Shown here: positions 1 through 9,341 of the stretch, piece after piece
Numbering within the stretch: the first letter of the stretch is position 1
Layout: each line of letters opens with the position of its first letter
Source: Bdellovibrio sp.
GTDB taxonomy: Bacteria > Bdellovibrionota > Bdellovibrionia > Bdellovibrionales > Bdellovibrionaceae
Assembly (NCBI GenBank): GCA_036676395.1
Contig: JAKFCY010000002.1
Span: 2,368,001-2,432,000 of the forward strand
Length of the DNA stretch: 64,000 nucleotides
Direction: 5' to 3'
Notes under the pieces: model-generated
What the model was told of the DNA's origin: nothing
Seen by the model: the letters and a program-made list of their open reading frames with translations, nothing else
Database searches by the model: none
Made by a program: the position numbers and the translations under genes

Positions 1-534
1 GATATAACTTACCAGAACTGTAGCTTTTGGATTCACTGATTTAATACCAGCTTCAAAACCTTTTTGAAATCTGCGGATTAACGGAATATCCATTCCTCCG
101 ATAAAACCAATAACACCCGTTTTTGATTTCATCGCAGCAGCGGCTCCCACTAAATAAGAACCTTCGTGTTCTTCAAATAATAATGAACGAACATTTTTAG
201 CATTCACTTCACCATCAACGATGGCAAATTTTGTATCAGGAAATAAGGCAGAAACTTTTTTGATCGCATCAGTTTGCGCAAAACCGATTCCGATCACCAG
301 ATCATATTTTTTTTGCGCAAAATTTCTATGCAGAGTTTCTAGTGAATTATTATCAGTGGCTTCAACGTATTTTAATTCAATGCCTAATTCTTTTTCGGCT
401 TTCTTTGCCCCGGCGTAAGCAGCAGAGTTAAAAGACTTATCATCTTTACCACCTTTATCCAGAACTAGACCGATTTTCAATGCAAACGCAAATTGAGACA
501 CTAAAAGACAGAACACTAATAGAAACTTCGACAT
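1..534 (-). CDS. BMP-family (basic membrane protein/PnrA-like) ABC transporter substrate-binding protein, 3' end runs off the window
   Basis: Own translation from ATG 534: MSKFLLVFCLLVSQFAFALKIGLVLDKGGKDDKSFNSAAYAG...GIGF...FAIVDG...FEEHEGSYLVG...GFIGGMDIPLIRRF. The GGxxDxSFN and GFIGG motifs are typical of BMP proteins. It has a signal peptide and an upstream GGGGG RBS. Absent from the ORF track because there is no stop in the window. Confidence 0.9.
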   Translation of the reverse strand, partial: MSKFLLVFCLLVSQFAFALKIGLVLDKGGKDDKSFNSAAYAGAKKAEKELGIELKYVEATDNNSLETLHRNFAQKKYDLVIGIGFAQTDAIKKVSALFPDTKFAIVDGEVNAKNVRSLLFEEHEGSYLVGAAAAMKSKTGVIGFIGGMDIPLIRRFQKGFEAGIKSVNPKATVLVSYI

Positions 535-605
535 ACATCCCCCGTGAAAGTTATTACTTTGGTCCAGTTTGAATCAAAGTTATATTAATTTACCCAAAAT
601 ATAAT

Positions 606-633
606 TCAACGATTTTAATGGCTTAGCCGATAG
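606..633 (+). promoter_or_regulatory. Putative sigma28 (FliA)-type promoter TCAAC-N15-GCCGATAG
   Basis: Matches the TAAA(G)-N15/16-GCCGATA consensus, about 105 nt upstream of the CDS at 740. Confidence 0.5.
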
Positions 634-739
634 GCTACACACCAGATTCATAGGCAATTAAAGCTCTTTATTTACGCTATTTATGTACGCAAATTAACAA
701 ACCAAGTCGTGTTCCCGAACACGCAGAAAGAAAAATTCT

Positions 740-1072
740 ATGAAAAAAGCACTAGCAATCATCGTTATCGCCGCTTCTGTATTCGCATTCGCAGACGGAC
801 ACAAGGCTGAACATAAAGCTAAAGCAGCTGAGCATAAAGCAGCTGTTAATGCCGCTTGTGCAGCTGACGCAGAAACTGCAGGTTGTGCTGATAAAGTAGT
901 AGGCGATGGGTTACTAAAATGCCTTCACGCTTACAAAAAAGAACATAAAGATTTCAAAATTTCTGAAGGTTGCAAATCTTCAACAAAATCATTACGCAAC
1001 GAGAAAAAAGAATGGAAAGCTAAAAAAGCAGCAGAAAAAGCAGAGAAGACTGAGGAAAAAGCTGACAAGTAA
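740..1072 (+). CDS. Small secreted Lys/Ala-rich protein with one 4-Cys motif resembling the GLG1/Cys_rich_FGFR repeat
   Basis: Signal peptide ending AFA; pattern CxxD-x5-C-x5-GxG-x3-CL-x12-SxxC; charged tail. Confidence 0.7.
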   Translation: MKKALAIIVIAASVFAFADGHKAEHKAKAAEHKAAVNAACAADAETAGCADKVVGDGLLKCLHAYKKEHKDFKISEGCKSSTKSLRNEKKEWKAKKAAEKAEKTEEKADK

Positions 1073-1097
1073 TCCATAAGCAGTTCACAATTTTGGC

Positions 1098-1508
1098 ATG
1101 GGACGGATTAAACAACCATTACACCCTTGCCAAACTTGTGGTGCATGCTGCGCCAGCTACCGCGTTCAGTTTTACTGGCGTGAGGCAGAAAAGGCAGACT
1201 CTGACCATCCTGTCCCACCCAAATACTGGCTCGATGCAGATGATCGAGCAAGAATTCTCAAAGGCACCGAAGACAAACACCATCCAAAATGTGTTGCCTT
1301 AAAAGGCCGAATCGGTGAATTTGTAGCCTGTGAAATCTACTCTAATCGCCCGTCTCCTTGCAGGAATTTTTCGGCCAGTTATGAAACTGGAGTCTACAAT
1401 CCCCGTTGCGACGAAGCCCGCGCGAAACATGGCCTCAAGCCAATCACCAAGCAAGATTTCATCTCTTATCACGAAAGCCAAAGACCTCTTCTACCAAGTG
1501 AAGCATGA
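1098..1508 (+). CDS. YkgJ-family cysteine cluster (CxxCxxCC) protein
   Basis: CQTCGACC at the N-terminus; C-terminal CVAL...CEIYSNRPSPCRNF. Confidence 0.9.
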   Translation: MGRIKQPLHPCQTCGACCASYRVQFYWREAEKADSDHPVPPKYWLDADDRARILKGTEDKHHPKCVALKGRIGEFVACEIYSNRPSPCRNFSASYETGVYNPRCDEARAKHGLKPITKQDFISYHESQRPLLPSEA

Positions 1509-1653
1509 TTTCAAAACGATCGGCATGAAAGCCACGTTTAAAAAACATGGCTGGAAGTTATTCGCGATTTTTTTCGTGTATTATTTAATTCGTGATTCTT
1601 TGTTGTATATCGTAATACCCGGCCTTGTTGGTTACGGGTTATTAGCGAAATAA
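1429..1653 (+). CDS. Small hypothetical membrane protein, start uncertain
   Basis: Hydrophobic C-terminal segment GWKLFAIFFVYYLIRDSLLYIVIP. It fills the gap up to the convergent ADH stop and overlaps the YkgJ 3' end. Confidence 0.5.
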   Translation: MASSQSPSKISSLITKAKDLFYQVKHDFKTIGMKATFKKHGWKLFAIFFVYYLIRDSLLYIVIPGLVGYGLLAK

Positions 1654-2697
1654 TTAAAACGTCTTCGCATCAATAACAAAGCGGTACTTCACATCACCAC
1701 TCACCGTGCGGTCGTAAGCTTTGTTAATATCAGCTGCATCGATCAATTCAATTTCTGAAAATACTTTTTTGCTCATGCAGAAATTTAACATCTCTTGAGT
1801 TTCTTTGATGCCGCCAATTAATGATCCTGTCAGACGTTTACGCCCACCGATTAAGGCACCTGCTGCCACTTGGCTAAGATCAGGTGGTACACCTAATAAC
1901 ACCATCGTGCCGTCAATTTTTAAAATTCCTAAGTACGGAGTTAAATTGTGGCTTGCTGAAACTGAATTAATAATTAAATCGAATTTTTTCGTTAACGGTG
2001 CAAAGTTCGCAGCATCTTTTGAATAGACGAAATGTTTTGCTCCAAGTTTTTTCGCGTCTGCTTCTTTTTCTGGAGACGTACTGAATACGGTGACTTCGGC
2101 ACCCATAGCTTTTGCGATTTTCACAGCCATGTGACCTAATCCACCAAGACCAACGACTCCAACTTTTTTACCTTTTTTCGTGCCATAACGTTTTAGCGGA
2201 GAATACGTTGTGATGCCCGCACAAAGTAACGGCGCAATTTTATCAAGTGGTAAGCCTTTTTTAATTTTTAAAACGTAGTCTTGCTTAACTGTGATATGCG
2301 AAGCGTAGCCCCCTAAAGTGTGACCACCGCTGTCTTTTGTTGGCGAGTTATAAGTGTACGTTGCACCCTTTTCGCAGAATTGCTCTTCGTTATTTTTGCA
2401 TTGTGCACACTTACCGCACGAATCAACCATACAACCAACGCCGACTGGCTCGCCGAGTTTAAATTTTTTAACTTTTTTACCGACCGCGATAACATGACCC
2501 ACGATTTCATGACCTGGAACACATGGGTATTGTGTGCCTGCCCATTCACCGCGTGCTGTGTGAATGTCTGAGTGACAAATTCCAGAGTACGCGATTTCAA
2601 TGACGATATCGTCTGGTTTTGGATCGCGACGTTCGATTTGCATCGGTTGAAATTTAGCTTCTTTATCTTTAACACCATAGGCTGTTGCGTGAATCAT
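1654..2697 (-). CDS. Zn-dependent NAD(P) alcohol dehydrogenase (cinnamyl-ADH/YahK/AdhC-like)
   Basis: GICHSD, GHEIVG, structural Zn CxxCxxC-x7-C, APLLCAGIT, GLGGLG Rossmann motif, YRFVID terminus. Confidence 0.95.
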   Translation of the reverse strand: MIHATAYGVKDKEAKFQPMQIERRDPKPDDIVIEIAYSGICHSDIHTARGEWAGTQYPCVPGHEIVGHVIAVGKKVKKFKLGEPVGVGCMVDSCGKCAQCKNNEEQFCEKGATYTYNSPTKDSGGHTLGGYASHITVKQDYVLKIKKGLPLDKIAPLLCAGITTYSPLKRYGTKKGKKVGVVGLGGLGHMAVKIAKAMGAEVTVFSTSPEKEADAKKLGAKHFVYSKDAANFAPLTKKFDLIINSVSASHNLTPYLGILKIDGTMVLLGVPPDLSQVAAGALIGGRKRLTGSLIGGIKETQEMLNFCMSKKVFSEIELIDAADINKAYDRTVSGDVKYRFVIDAKTF

Positions 2698-2699
2698 AC

Positions 2700-5600
2700 T
2701 TAGTCCATTCCTTGATCGCCTGCTGAGGCGAATGCTTTTTTTACTTCTTGTTGGTTTTTACTGCGCGTTTTAAATTTTTCGAACATCACATACAATGCTG
2801 GAATCACATATAAAGTTAATAACGTCGAAAATAATACTCCGAAAATAATGGTAACGGCCATCGAACGTGTTAGCTCTGCGCCCTCACCGCGGGCGATCGC
2901 TGTTGGAATCGCACCCGCAACTGTTGCAAATGATGTCATAAGAATCGGACGAAGACGCGTTGGCCCGGCTTCAATCATGGCGTTTTCTGGGGTTTCATTA
3001 CCAGCTTTACGATCACGCACGCCATTGGCGAATTCTACGAGCAAGATCGAATTCTTTTTCACAATGCCCATCAGTAACAACACCCCGATCATCGAATAGA
3101 TATTTAAACTTTGTCCGGTGATAAATAAGCCGATGAACGCGCCGGCGATGCTGTATGGAAGCGCCATTAAGATCGTGACCGGATCGATAAATGAATTAAA
3201 TTGCGCAGCTAAAATCATATACGCCACGACTAAACCTAACACCAAGGCTAAAGCCAAACCCGCGAACGAATCTTTTTGCGCCTTTGATGTTCCGAATTCT
3301 TCGATGAAATAACGTTGTTTTAAGCCTTTAGCTTTTTCGCGCACAAAAGCCATCGCTTGTTCTGTTTTTACGCCTTTTTCTAAGTTGGCATAAATCGAAA
3401 TTGAACGTAACCGGTTATCGCGATTAATTTGTTGCAGAGTTTTTGCTTTATTAAACTGAACAATTCTTGAAAGGGGCAATAAATTACCTTTTGAATTTGA
3501 AATAGATAATTTTTCTAAATCTCTGATTTGATCGTCAGTTTTTTGCAAATCAACACGAATATCATACCGCTTACCACCATCGGCATACTGACCAACGCGC
3601 ACGCCGCCAATCATGGCATTGATCGTACTGGCTACGCTGTTCACACTCACACCAGTTGCTGTGGCACGATCACGATCTGGCACAATTTGAATTTCAGGAA
3701 GCCCTTGTAACAAATTGGTATCAACATCTGTCATCAAACCGCTGGCTTTCATGTCTTCCATGATTTTATCGGCTTGTGCTGATAGATCTTCCCATTCAGG
3801 GCCTTTGATGACGAACTCGACAGGAAAACCACGCCCGCCGCCGCCGAAGCCACGTGCCGATGGATCTTGCATCGACACCCGGCCTTTTACATATTGCTTA
3901 AGATCTTCACGAGTTTTTTTAACGAAATCTGCTTGCGACATCGTGCGTTCAGCTTTTGGTTTTAACGATACAAACATCATCGCGGTATTTGTATCAGCTC
4001 CTGACCCTGAAAATCCACCGACACTTGTATAAACTTGTAAAACATTTGGATCTTCTAATAAATGTCTTTCAATTTTTTTTGTGGCCTCGTTCGTGACTGC
4101 AAAAGCAGTTCCCGTTGGTAAATTAATTCGGGTCATTAATAAACCTGATTCTTGCGCCGGAGTGAATTCTTTGGGGATAAATTTTACTAACACAAAACAT
4201 AAAAGCATAACGACAACAGAGCCGCCGAAGACTTTCCACTTATGATTTACCGACCAAATTAATGATTTACGATAGCTGTTGGTTAAATTTTCAAAAAACA
4301 CATCAAAAGCTTTACCGATTCTGGTTGTGCGGTGTGAGTGCTGTACGAAAGAAGCACAACGCATTGGCGTGATGGTTAAGGCTTCAATCAGAGATAAGAA
4401 CACTGCAAATGAAATCGTGATCCCGAATTGTAAGAAAAACTTACCGACCACGCCTTCCATAAAGGCCACGGGTAAAAAGATCGCAATAACAGCTGCAGTG
4501 GCTGCAATCGCAGCGAACGTGATTTCACGTGCGCCGATGATGGCTGATTCGATTTGGTTTTTACCTTTTTCGTTATACCGAAAAATATTTTCTAATACCA
4601 TGATCGCATCATCGACCACGATACCAATCGCTAAAGTTAAACCTAAAAGTGTGAACGTATTTAAAGTAAAACCTAAAAAGTATAAAGCAATGAAGGTTCC
4701 AAGAATTGAAGTTGGAATCGACAACAGCACATTAATTGTCGCGGTGAAACTGCCTAAGAACAACCAACAAACAAAAGCTGTTAACAGAACGGCCATTAAT
4801 AAATGTTTATTCAATTCTGCAATCGAGCGCTCGATAAATCGCGTGGTATCAAAGTTTACACTTAAATGATAACCGGGCTGAAGAGTCTTTTTCATGTCTT
4901 CCATGCGCGCTTTGACTGCACGAGCAACAGCTACCGCATTCGTACCACGTTGTTTTTTGATCCCGATACCGACAGCCAGTTTTTCATTAAAACGTGAAAA
5001 ACGTTTATCATCAGCTAAGGCCAACTGAATATCTGCAACATCTGATAAACGCACTCTTAACGATGGATCAGCTACAGTTTGTCCTGCGCGCTTAGAAACG
5101 ATGATGCTACGAAACTCTTCTAAAGTTTTGGCTTCACCTTTTACGCGAACGTTAAATACAAATTTGCTATCATCAACCTGACCACCCGGAAGTTCACTGT
5201 GTTCAGCCTGAATTGTGTTAATCACATCAAGGACAGTAATATTATGGCGATTTAATTTTTCTGGAATTACTTGTACCTTTAAAATCGGGTCAGTAAAGCC
5301 ACCTAAAATCACGTCACCCACACCCAAAACTGAAGTGAACTGATCTTTTAAGTATTCTTGCGTGTACTTCATTAATTCACGGCGATCACCTGAATCCGTA
5401 GTTACGGCAAGCCAGATGATCGGCTGATCGTCTGGATTTGACTTAGTGATGATTGGAGACTCGGCATCTTTTGGAAGTCGTCTTTGCGCCAGTGAAACTT
5501 TAGTTTGCACTTCTTGTAAAGCAGCATCAATACCGCGATCTAAGTCAAACTCGACAGAAATATTACCAACACCGCTGCGACTTGATGACGATAGCCCTTT

Positions 5601-5831
5601 AATGCCTTCAAGAGTCGTCAGCACGTCTTCTACCGGCTCAACAATATTAGCTTCGATCACTTCGGGCGAAGCTCCCGGTAAAGAAATAGAAACATTCACT
5701 GACGGAAAATCTACATCCGGAAATTGGCTGATTCCCATACGTGAAAAAGAGATCGCACCGAACACCATCAGAAAGGCCATGATCATCCATGCCATAACTG
5801 GATTTTTAATTGAGATATCAGAAATTCGCAT
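2700..5831 (-). CDS. RND efflux permease (AcrB/AcrD/AcrF family)
   Basis: About 1043 aa with 12-TM architecture, GIVVDDAI, VKKNSIL and RLRPILMTS motifs. ATG 5831 is preceded by GGAG. Confidence 0.95.
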   Translation of the reverse strand: MRISDISIKNPVMAWMIMAFLMVFGAISFSRMGISQFPDVDFPSVNVSISLPGASPEVIEANIVEPVEDVLTTLEGIKGLSSSSRSGVGNISVEFDLDRGIDAALQEVQTKVSLAQRRLPKDAESPIITKSNPDDQPIIWLAVTTDSGDRRELMKYTQEYLKDQFTSVLGVGDVILGGFTDPILKVQVIPEKLNRHNITVLDVINTIQAEHSELPGGQVDDSKFVFNVRVKGEAKTLEEFRSIIVSKRAGQTVADPSLRVRLSDVADIQLALADDKRFSRFNEKLAVGIGIKKQRGTNAVAVARAVKARMEDMKKTLQPGYHLSVNFDTTRFIERSIAELNKHLLMAVLLTAFVCWLFLGSFTATINVLLSIPTSILGTFIALYFLGFTLNTFTLLGLTLAIGIVVDDAIMVLENIFRYNEKGKNQIESAIIGAREITFAAIAATAAVIAIFLPVAFMEGVVGKFFLQFGITISFAVFLSLIEALTITPMRCASFVQHSHRTTRIGKAFDVFFENLTNSYRKSLIWSVNHKWKVFGGSVVVMLLCFVLVKFIPKEFTPAQESGLLMTRINLPTGTAFAVTNEATKKIERHLLEDPNVLQVYTSVGGFSGSGADTNTAMMFVSLKPKAERTMSQADFVKKTREDLKQYVKGRVSMQDPSARGFGGGGRGFPVEFVIKGPEWEDLSAQADKIMEDMKASGLMTDVDTNLLQGLPEIQIVPDRDRATATGVSVNSVASTINAMIGGVRVGQYADGGKRYDIRVDLQKTDDQIRDLEKLSISNSKGNLLPLSRIVQFNKAKTLQQINRDNRLRSISIYANLEKGVKTEQAMAFVREKAKGLKQRYFIEEFGTSKAQKDSFAGLALALVLGLVVAYMILAAQFNSFIDPVTILMALPYSIAGAFIGLFITGQSLNIYSMIGVLLLMGIVKKNSILLVEFANGVRDRKAGNETPENAMIEAGPTRLRPILMTSFATVAGAIPTAIARGEGAELTRSMAVTIIFGVLFSTLLTLYVIPALYVMFEKFKTRSKNQQEVKKAFASAGDQGMD

Positions 5832-5861
5832 GCTAAGCTCCAAGACTGTATGTGTATAACT

Positions 5862-7265
5862 ATGATGAATAAATCCTATGTCCGAATGCTAGCTTTGTCG
5901 ATACTGTGTTTGATTTCACAACCCGCTACGTCAGATACGACTCTGCAACTTACCGAAGCTGATGTCATTCGCCTGGTCCAATCTCAGAGTATTAACTACA
6001 AAGAGATTGTAAATAGAAATCTTTCTAGTCAGTTTAACTACCAACTACTAAACGGAGCCTACCGTTTAGGTTTCAACTTTGATTATTCATTAGAAAAAGA
6101 TAAGACCGAATCGACTTCAACTTTTTTACCTAATGATTCTAATAAAACAAAAACTACTCTAATTATAAATAAACGCTTTCAAACCGGCACAGCGACTAGC
6201 CTAGAACTGACGAATCTTGAATACGATGCAAGTACTGCAGAGTATGCGCAAAATTATTATGCTTTTGGCGTGGAACAAAATTTATTTCCGTATTTATATT
6301 CGAATGGCGAAATGCAGGCTCTTAAAGCTGCTGAAACTGATGTCGAACGCACTCGCCTGCAAACAGACATCGATCTGTTAGATGCAACTAAAGAAATTTT
6401 AGCGTTGTACTGGCGTGTACAGGCCAGCCAGAAATCAGTTCAGGAAAACGAAGATCTTTTAAAAAAATATGACCGCTTGGTTTCAAATGTTCGCAGTAAA
6501 AGAAAAAACAGCTACGCCAGCGCTGGTGAAGTAGAACAAGCGCTTGCTGAATACGAAACCCGCAAGCAGGCCTTCTTAGAAGACCGCAATACTTTACTGA
6601 CAAACTTACAGCAATTAAAGACAGCTTTAAATATTCCGGCAGATCAAGAAGTCAAAATGGTCGCACCAGCGAACAAAGCTCAGCCCTTGCCAGAAAAATT
6701 CACGGGCGATGTAAAAACACTTCGCCGTTATAAAGTTCAAAAATTAAAAACCGAAGCGGCTATTGGTAATTATGAAGCGACCCGTTTTGATGATGTTCCG
6801 CAATTGAGTGTTTATGGCAAATACACCGGCCAGGGCTTAGAACCCGATCAATCAGACTCTTTTAAAGAATTAAGAGACGAACCTACAGACAAATATATCG
6901 TCGGCGTAAAACTAAGTTATTTCTTTGGTGATGATTTAGCCGAAGCTGAACAGCAATTACGTCGCGCTACACAGGATGTAGAGGTCGCACGCTTTTCACG
7001 CGCAGAAGAAGATTTAAAATTACAAATCGCAAACACCAGACAAAAGCTTGAAAATGCTTACTTAAATCTGCAAACCACTCAGAACGTAGTGAAGTACCGC
7101 AACGAAGCCGTGAAACAGCTCAATGTGACGTATTTTCAGGGCCGCACTGATATCAACTTTTTAATCGATGCCTTTAATAAAAAGATTCAAGCTGAAGTGA
7201 CTGCCATCAACGCCTTAGGTGCTTACGCGACGACGTTGCTTGAATATCAGAACTTAGTTTACTAA
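5862..7265 (+). CDS. TolC-family outer membrane efflux protein (start uncertain, 5850-5887)
   Basis: Signal peptide, about 470 aa, duplicated helical/beta pattern, YFQGRTDINFLIDA-type C-terminal repeat, adjacent to the RND gene. Confidence 0.8.
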   Translation: MMNKSYVRMLALSILCLISQPATSDTTLQLTEADVIRLVQSQSINYKEIVNRNLSSQFNYQLLNGAYRLGFNFDYSLEKDKTESTSTFLPNDSNKTKTTLIINKRFQTGTATSLELTNLEYDASTAEYAQNYYAFGVEQNLFPYLYSNGEMQALKAAETDVERTRLQTDIDLLDATKEILALYWRVQASQKSVQENEDLLKKYDRLVSNVRSKRKNSYASAGEVEQALAEYETRKQAFLEDRNTLLTNLQQLKTALNIPADQEVKMVAPANKAQPLPEKFTGDVKTLRRYKVQKLKTEAAIGNYEATRFDDVPQLSVYGKYTGQGLEPDQSDSFKELRDEPTDKYIVGVKLSYFFGDDLAEAEQQLRRATQDVEVARFSRAEEDLKLQIANTRQKLENAYLNLQTTQNVVKYRNEAVKQLNVTYFQGRTDINFLIDAFNKKIQAEVTAINALGAYATTLLEYQNLVY

Positions 7266-7419
7266 AAGAATGTTATTGAGCTTTCAGCCTAGAGCTAAAA
7301 TCGGTGATGAGAATTTGACTTTGATGGCGATAGACTTTCAGCCAGCCCATGGCATAATAACGTGAAGCTCAGTATTAAGTACTACAATGCTAGATCTTTA
7401 ATAGGCTCAGCTTTTTGCA

Positions 7420-7542
7420 TTAGCCGGAGAAACCGCCTAGCAGAAACATACCACACATTAAAAATGTGGCACCGTAAATTCCTAAGGCCGCTGCTGCTAC
7501 AAGTCCGAAACCAATTCCGACGCTAATCACTACATCTTTCAT
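7420..7542 (-). CDS. Putative 40-aa hydrophobic small protein
   Basis: Own translation MKDVVISVGIGFGLVAAAALGIYGATFLMCGMFLLGGFSG*. It lies 25 nt downstream of the hemerythrin gene and has a purine-rich AGAGAAAG upstream. Confidence 0.45.
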   Translation of the reverse strand: MKDVVISVGIGFGLVAAAALGIYGATFLMCGMFLLGGFSG

Positions 7543-7567
7543 AAAAATCTTTCTCTAAGAGAAAAAC

Positions 7568-8062
7568 CTAACCCTCGACTTCAAATCGGGGAAAAAGTAT
7601 TTCATTTTCTATTTGCATATGTTCAAAGGTGTCTTCGATAATTTCGCGAAGTAGAACCATTAATTTTTGATAAGACTGACAGGCTCCCGACGGGGGAACA
7701 AAATTATTCATTAAAATTTTCAGTTGCTTAAGATCTTCGTCATCATGCTGATGATCAGAGCGCATGCAATTAATTGGCCCCTTAAGAGCCTTGATTTGAT
7801 TTAGGTTACTCAATTGCACAAATGCGGGAAAAAGTATTTGCTCCTCTTTAGTAACATGAAACTGTAAATGGGCGACGACTTTATAAAATAAATTTTTAGC
7901 TGCGGCCAAGGTATTATGTCTGTTGCCGTGAACATTAACCACCCGCTCAAACAACGGTGTAATTGTTAAAATGTCATAATTTAATTTTTTATGGTAACGA
8001 TTGAGAAGTAAATCAACCAACTCTTCGTTACTCATTTTTTGATATTCGCTAATTCTATCCAT
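7568..8062 (-). CDS. Hemerythrin-like di-iron protein (YtfE/RIC C-terminal-like, lacking ScdA_N)
   Basis: YH, VHGNRH, HVTKEEQILFP, GPINCMRSDH, PxGACxSY and EHMQIENEILFP are characteristic RIC motifs. Confidence 0.85.
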   Translation of the reverse strand: MDRISEYQKMSNEELVDLLLNRYHKKLNYDILTITPLFERVVNVHGNRHNTLAAAKNLFYKVVAHLQFHVTKEEQILFPAFVQLSNLNQIKALKGPINCMRSDHQHDDEDLKQLKILMNNFVPPSGACQSYQKLMVLLREIIEDTFEHMQIENEILFPRFEVEG

Positions 8063-8098
8063 AATAGCTATAATAGATAACAACGAGTATTTTTACTT

Positions 8099-8112
8099 AT
8101 GATTTAAGTCAT
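8099..8112. promoter_or_regulatory. CRP/FNR-family-like box ATGA-N6-TCAT (ATGATTTAAGTCAT)
   Basis: Palindromic; centre about 43 nt upstream of ATG 8062; near-identical copy at 9226. Confidence 0.6.
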
Positions 8113-8230
8113 GTGCGCCATTACTTTGATTCACAAAATTCCAGGACGATTAGAGCGACAATGACTTGATGAGAGACAGCTCCGAGTTGCAATAAGCCCG
8201 GCGTACCAAATCTTGATTTTTTATCCATCA

Positions 8231-9190
8231 CTATTCCCAATTTAATAATCTTTTTTCGCCTTCCAGTTTTTTAATTTCAGTCACATCCTGCGAGACCTCG
8301 ATGACACCGCGGTAGACTTTGTTTTTGTCTCGAACTGCGAAATATCTGATATGTATTGTGCGTTCGCGGTAATTAATCCAAAAATCGGCCACATCTTTTC
8401 GGCCCGCTTTAAACTCTTCCAAAATTCTAAGCACTGCATCTACGCTTTTGGGTGGATGGCAGTAGCGAACCTCGCGGCCAATGACACCAGCACTACGGGG
8501 AAACACTCGCTCTTCGCCTCTGTTGTAAAAGGCGACCTTATCGTTTTCGTCGACAAATGTGAGGTCAAAAGGCATTACCTGAAACAGCATATTGATTTGC
8601 TCTAAGGTCATTTTTCCTTCGGACAATTTTAAAAAACCGTCGGCTAAAGAAGATTGTGGATTTTGATCCTGCCTAGAAATAGAATCGGCTTCACCCTCAT
8701 CTTTTTTATGCATCCATCCAATTTCATTTTCACCGGCTTTCATTTGCTCCCAGTCTTCAGGAAGCAAAATGTCCAAAGCAATCGGAAACAATCTTGATTC
8801 TTCGACGTTCATCATTCTAAGAATCTCGCCCAGCAAGGCATCTATGCGCTCTTGCAAACGAGCCGTGTCTTTTGCTTCGAGCATCGCACGTACTTCTTTG
8901 ATTAGCTTGCGGTTATCGTCGTGAAATCTCCACATACCTTGGCTTGGGCCAAACCATCCCCGCTTTTCAAGGTAAGGAAACAACTGGTTTTCTTTTCTGG
9001 TATAACGAATGTCGACACAGGCAATTTGATTAAATAAGTTATAGGCAAGCTGGATATCTTTAATGATATCCACTTTAGAAAACTGGTTTAACAGATCAAT
9101 CAGATACCCGCTTTCTTCAATATAAGTTAAAATAGGATGTCCCGGTTCAAGTTTTTTTGCGTAATCTGGAATGGAAGATTCGATATTCAT
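8231..9190 (-). CDS. DUF438-like hemerythrin + PAS domain protein
   Basis: GHPI, RKENQLFPYLE, GPSQGMWRFHD, EESRLFP, then PAS-type PFDLTFVDEND...CHPPKS...YRGVIEVSQD. Confidence 0.85.
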   Translation of the reverse strand: MNIESSIPDYAKKLEPGHPILTYIEESGYLIDLLNQFSKVDIIKDIQLAYNLFNQIACVDIRYTRKENQLFPYLEKRGWFGPSQGMWRFHDDNRKLIKEVRAMLEAKDTARLQERIDALLGEILRMMNVEESRLFPIALDILLPEDWEQMKAGENEIGWMHKKDEGEADSISRQDQNPQSSLADGFLKLSEGKMTLEQINMLFQVMPFDLTFVDENDKVAFYNRGEERVFPRSAGVIGREVRYCHPPKSVDAVLRILEEFKAGRKDVADFWINYRERTIHIRYFAVRDKNKVYRGVIEVSQDVTEIKKLEGEKRLLNWE

Positions 9191-9225
9191 GGCGGAATAT
9201 TCGCACACCGGTCTTTAAATCAATA

Positions 9226-9239
9226 ATGACTTGAATCAT
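9226..9239. promoter_or_regulatory. CRP/FNR-family-like box ATGACTTGAATCAT
   Basis: One mismatch from the reverse complement of the 8099 box; centre about 42 nt upstream of ATG 9190. Confidence 0.6.
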
Positions 9240-9269
9240 ATGCCGCTGAAGAAATTCACAACGCAAAAC

Positions 9270-9283
9270 CTGATCCAGATCAT
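9270..9283. promoter_or_regulatory. Second FNR-like box CTGAT-CCAG-ATCAT
   Basis: TGAT-N4-ATCA core, 44 nt upstream of the 9226 box. Confidence 0.45.
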
Positions 9284-9341
9284 GTATTACAGATTGTTTC
9301 GCTAAAAATGAGCTGTTTCGCAGGTGTTGGAGGCGATGTGA

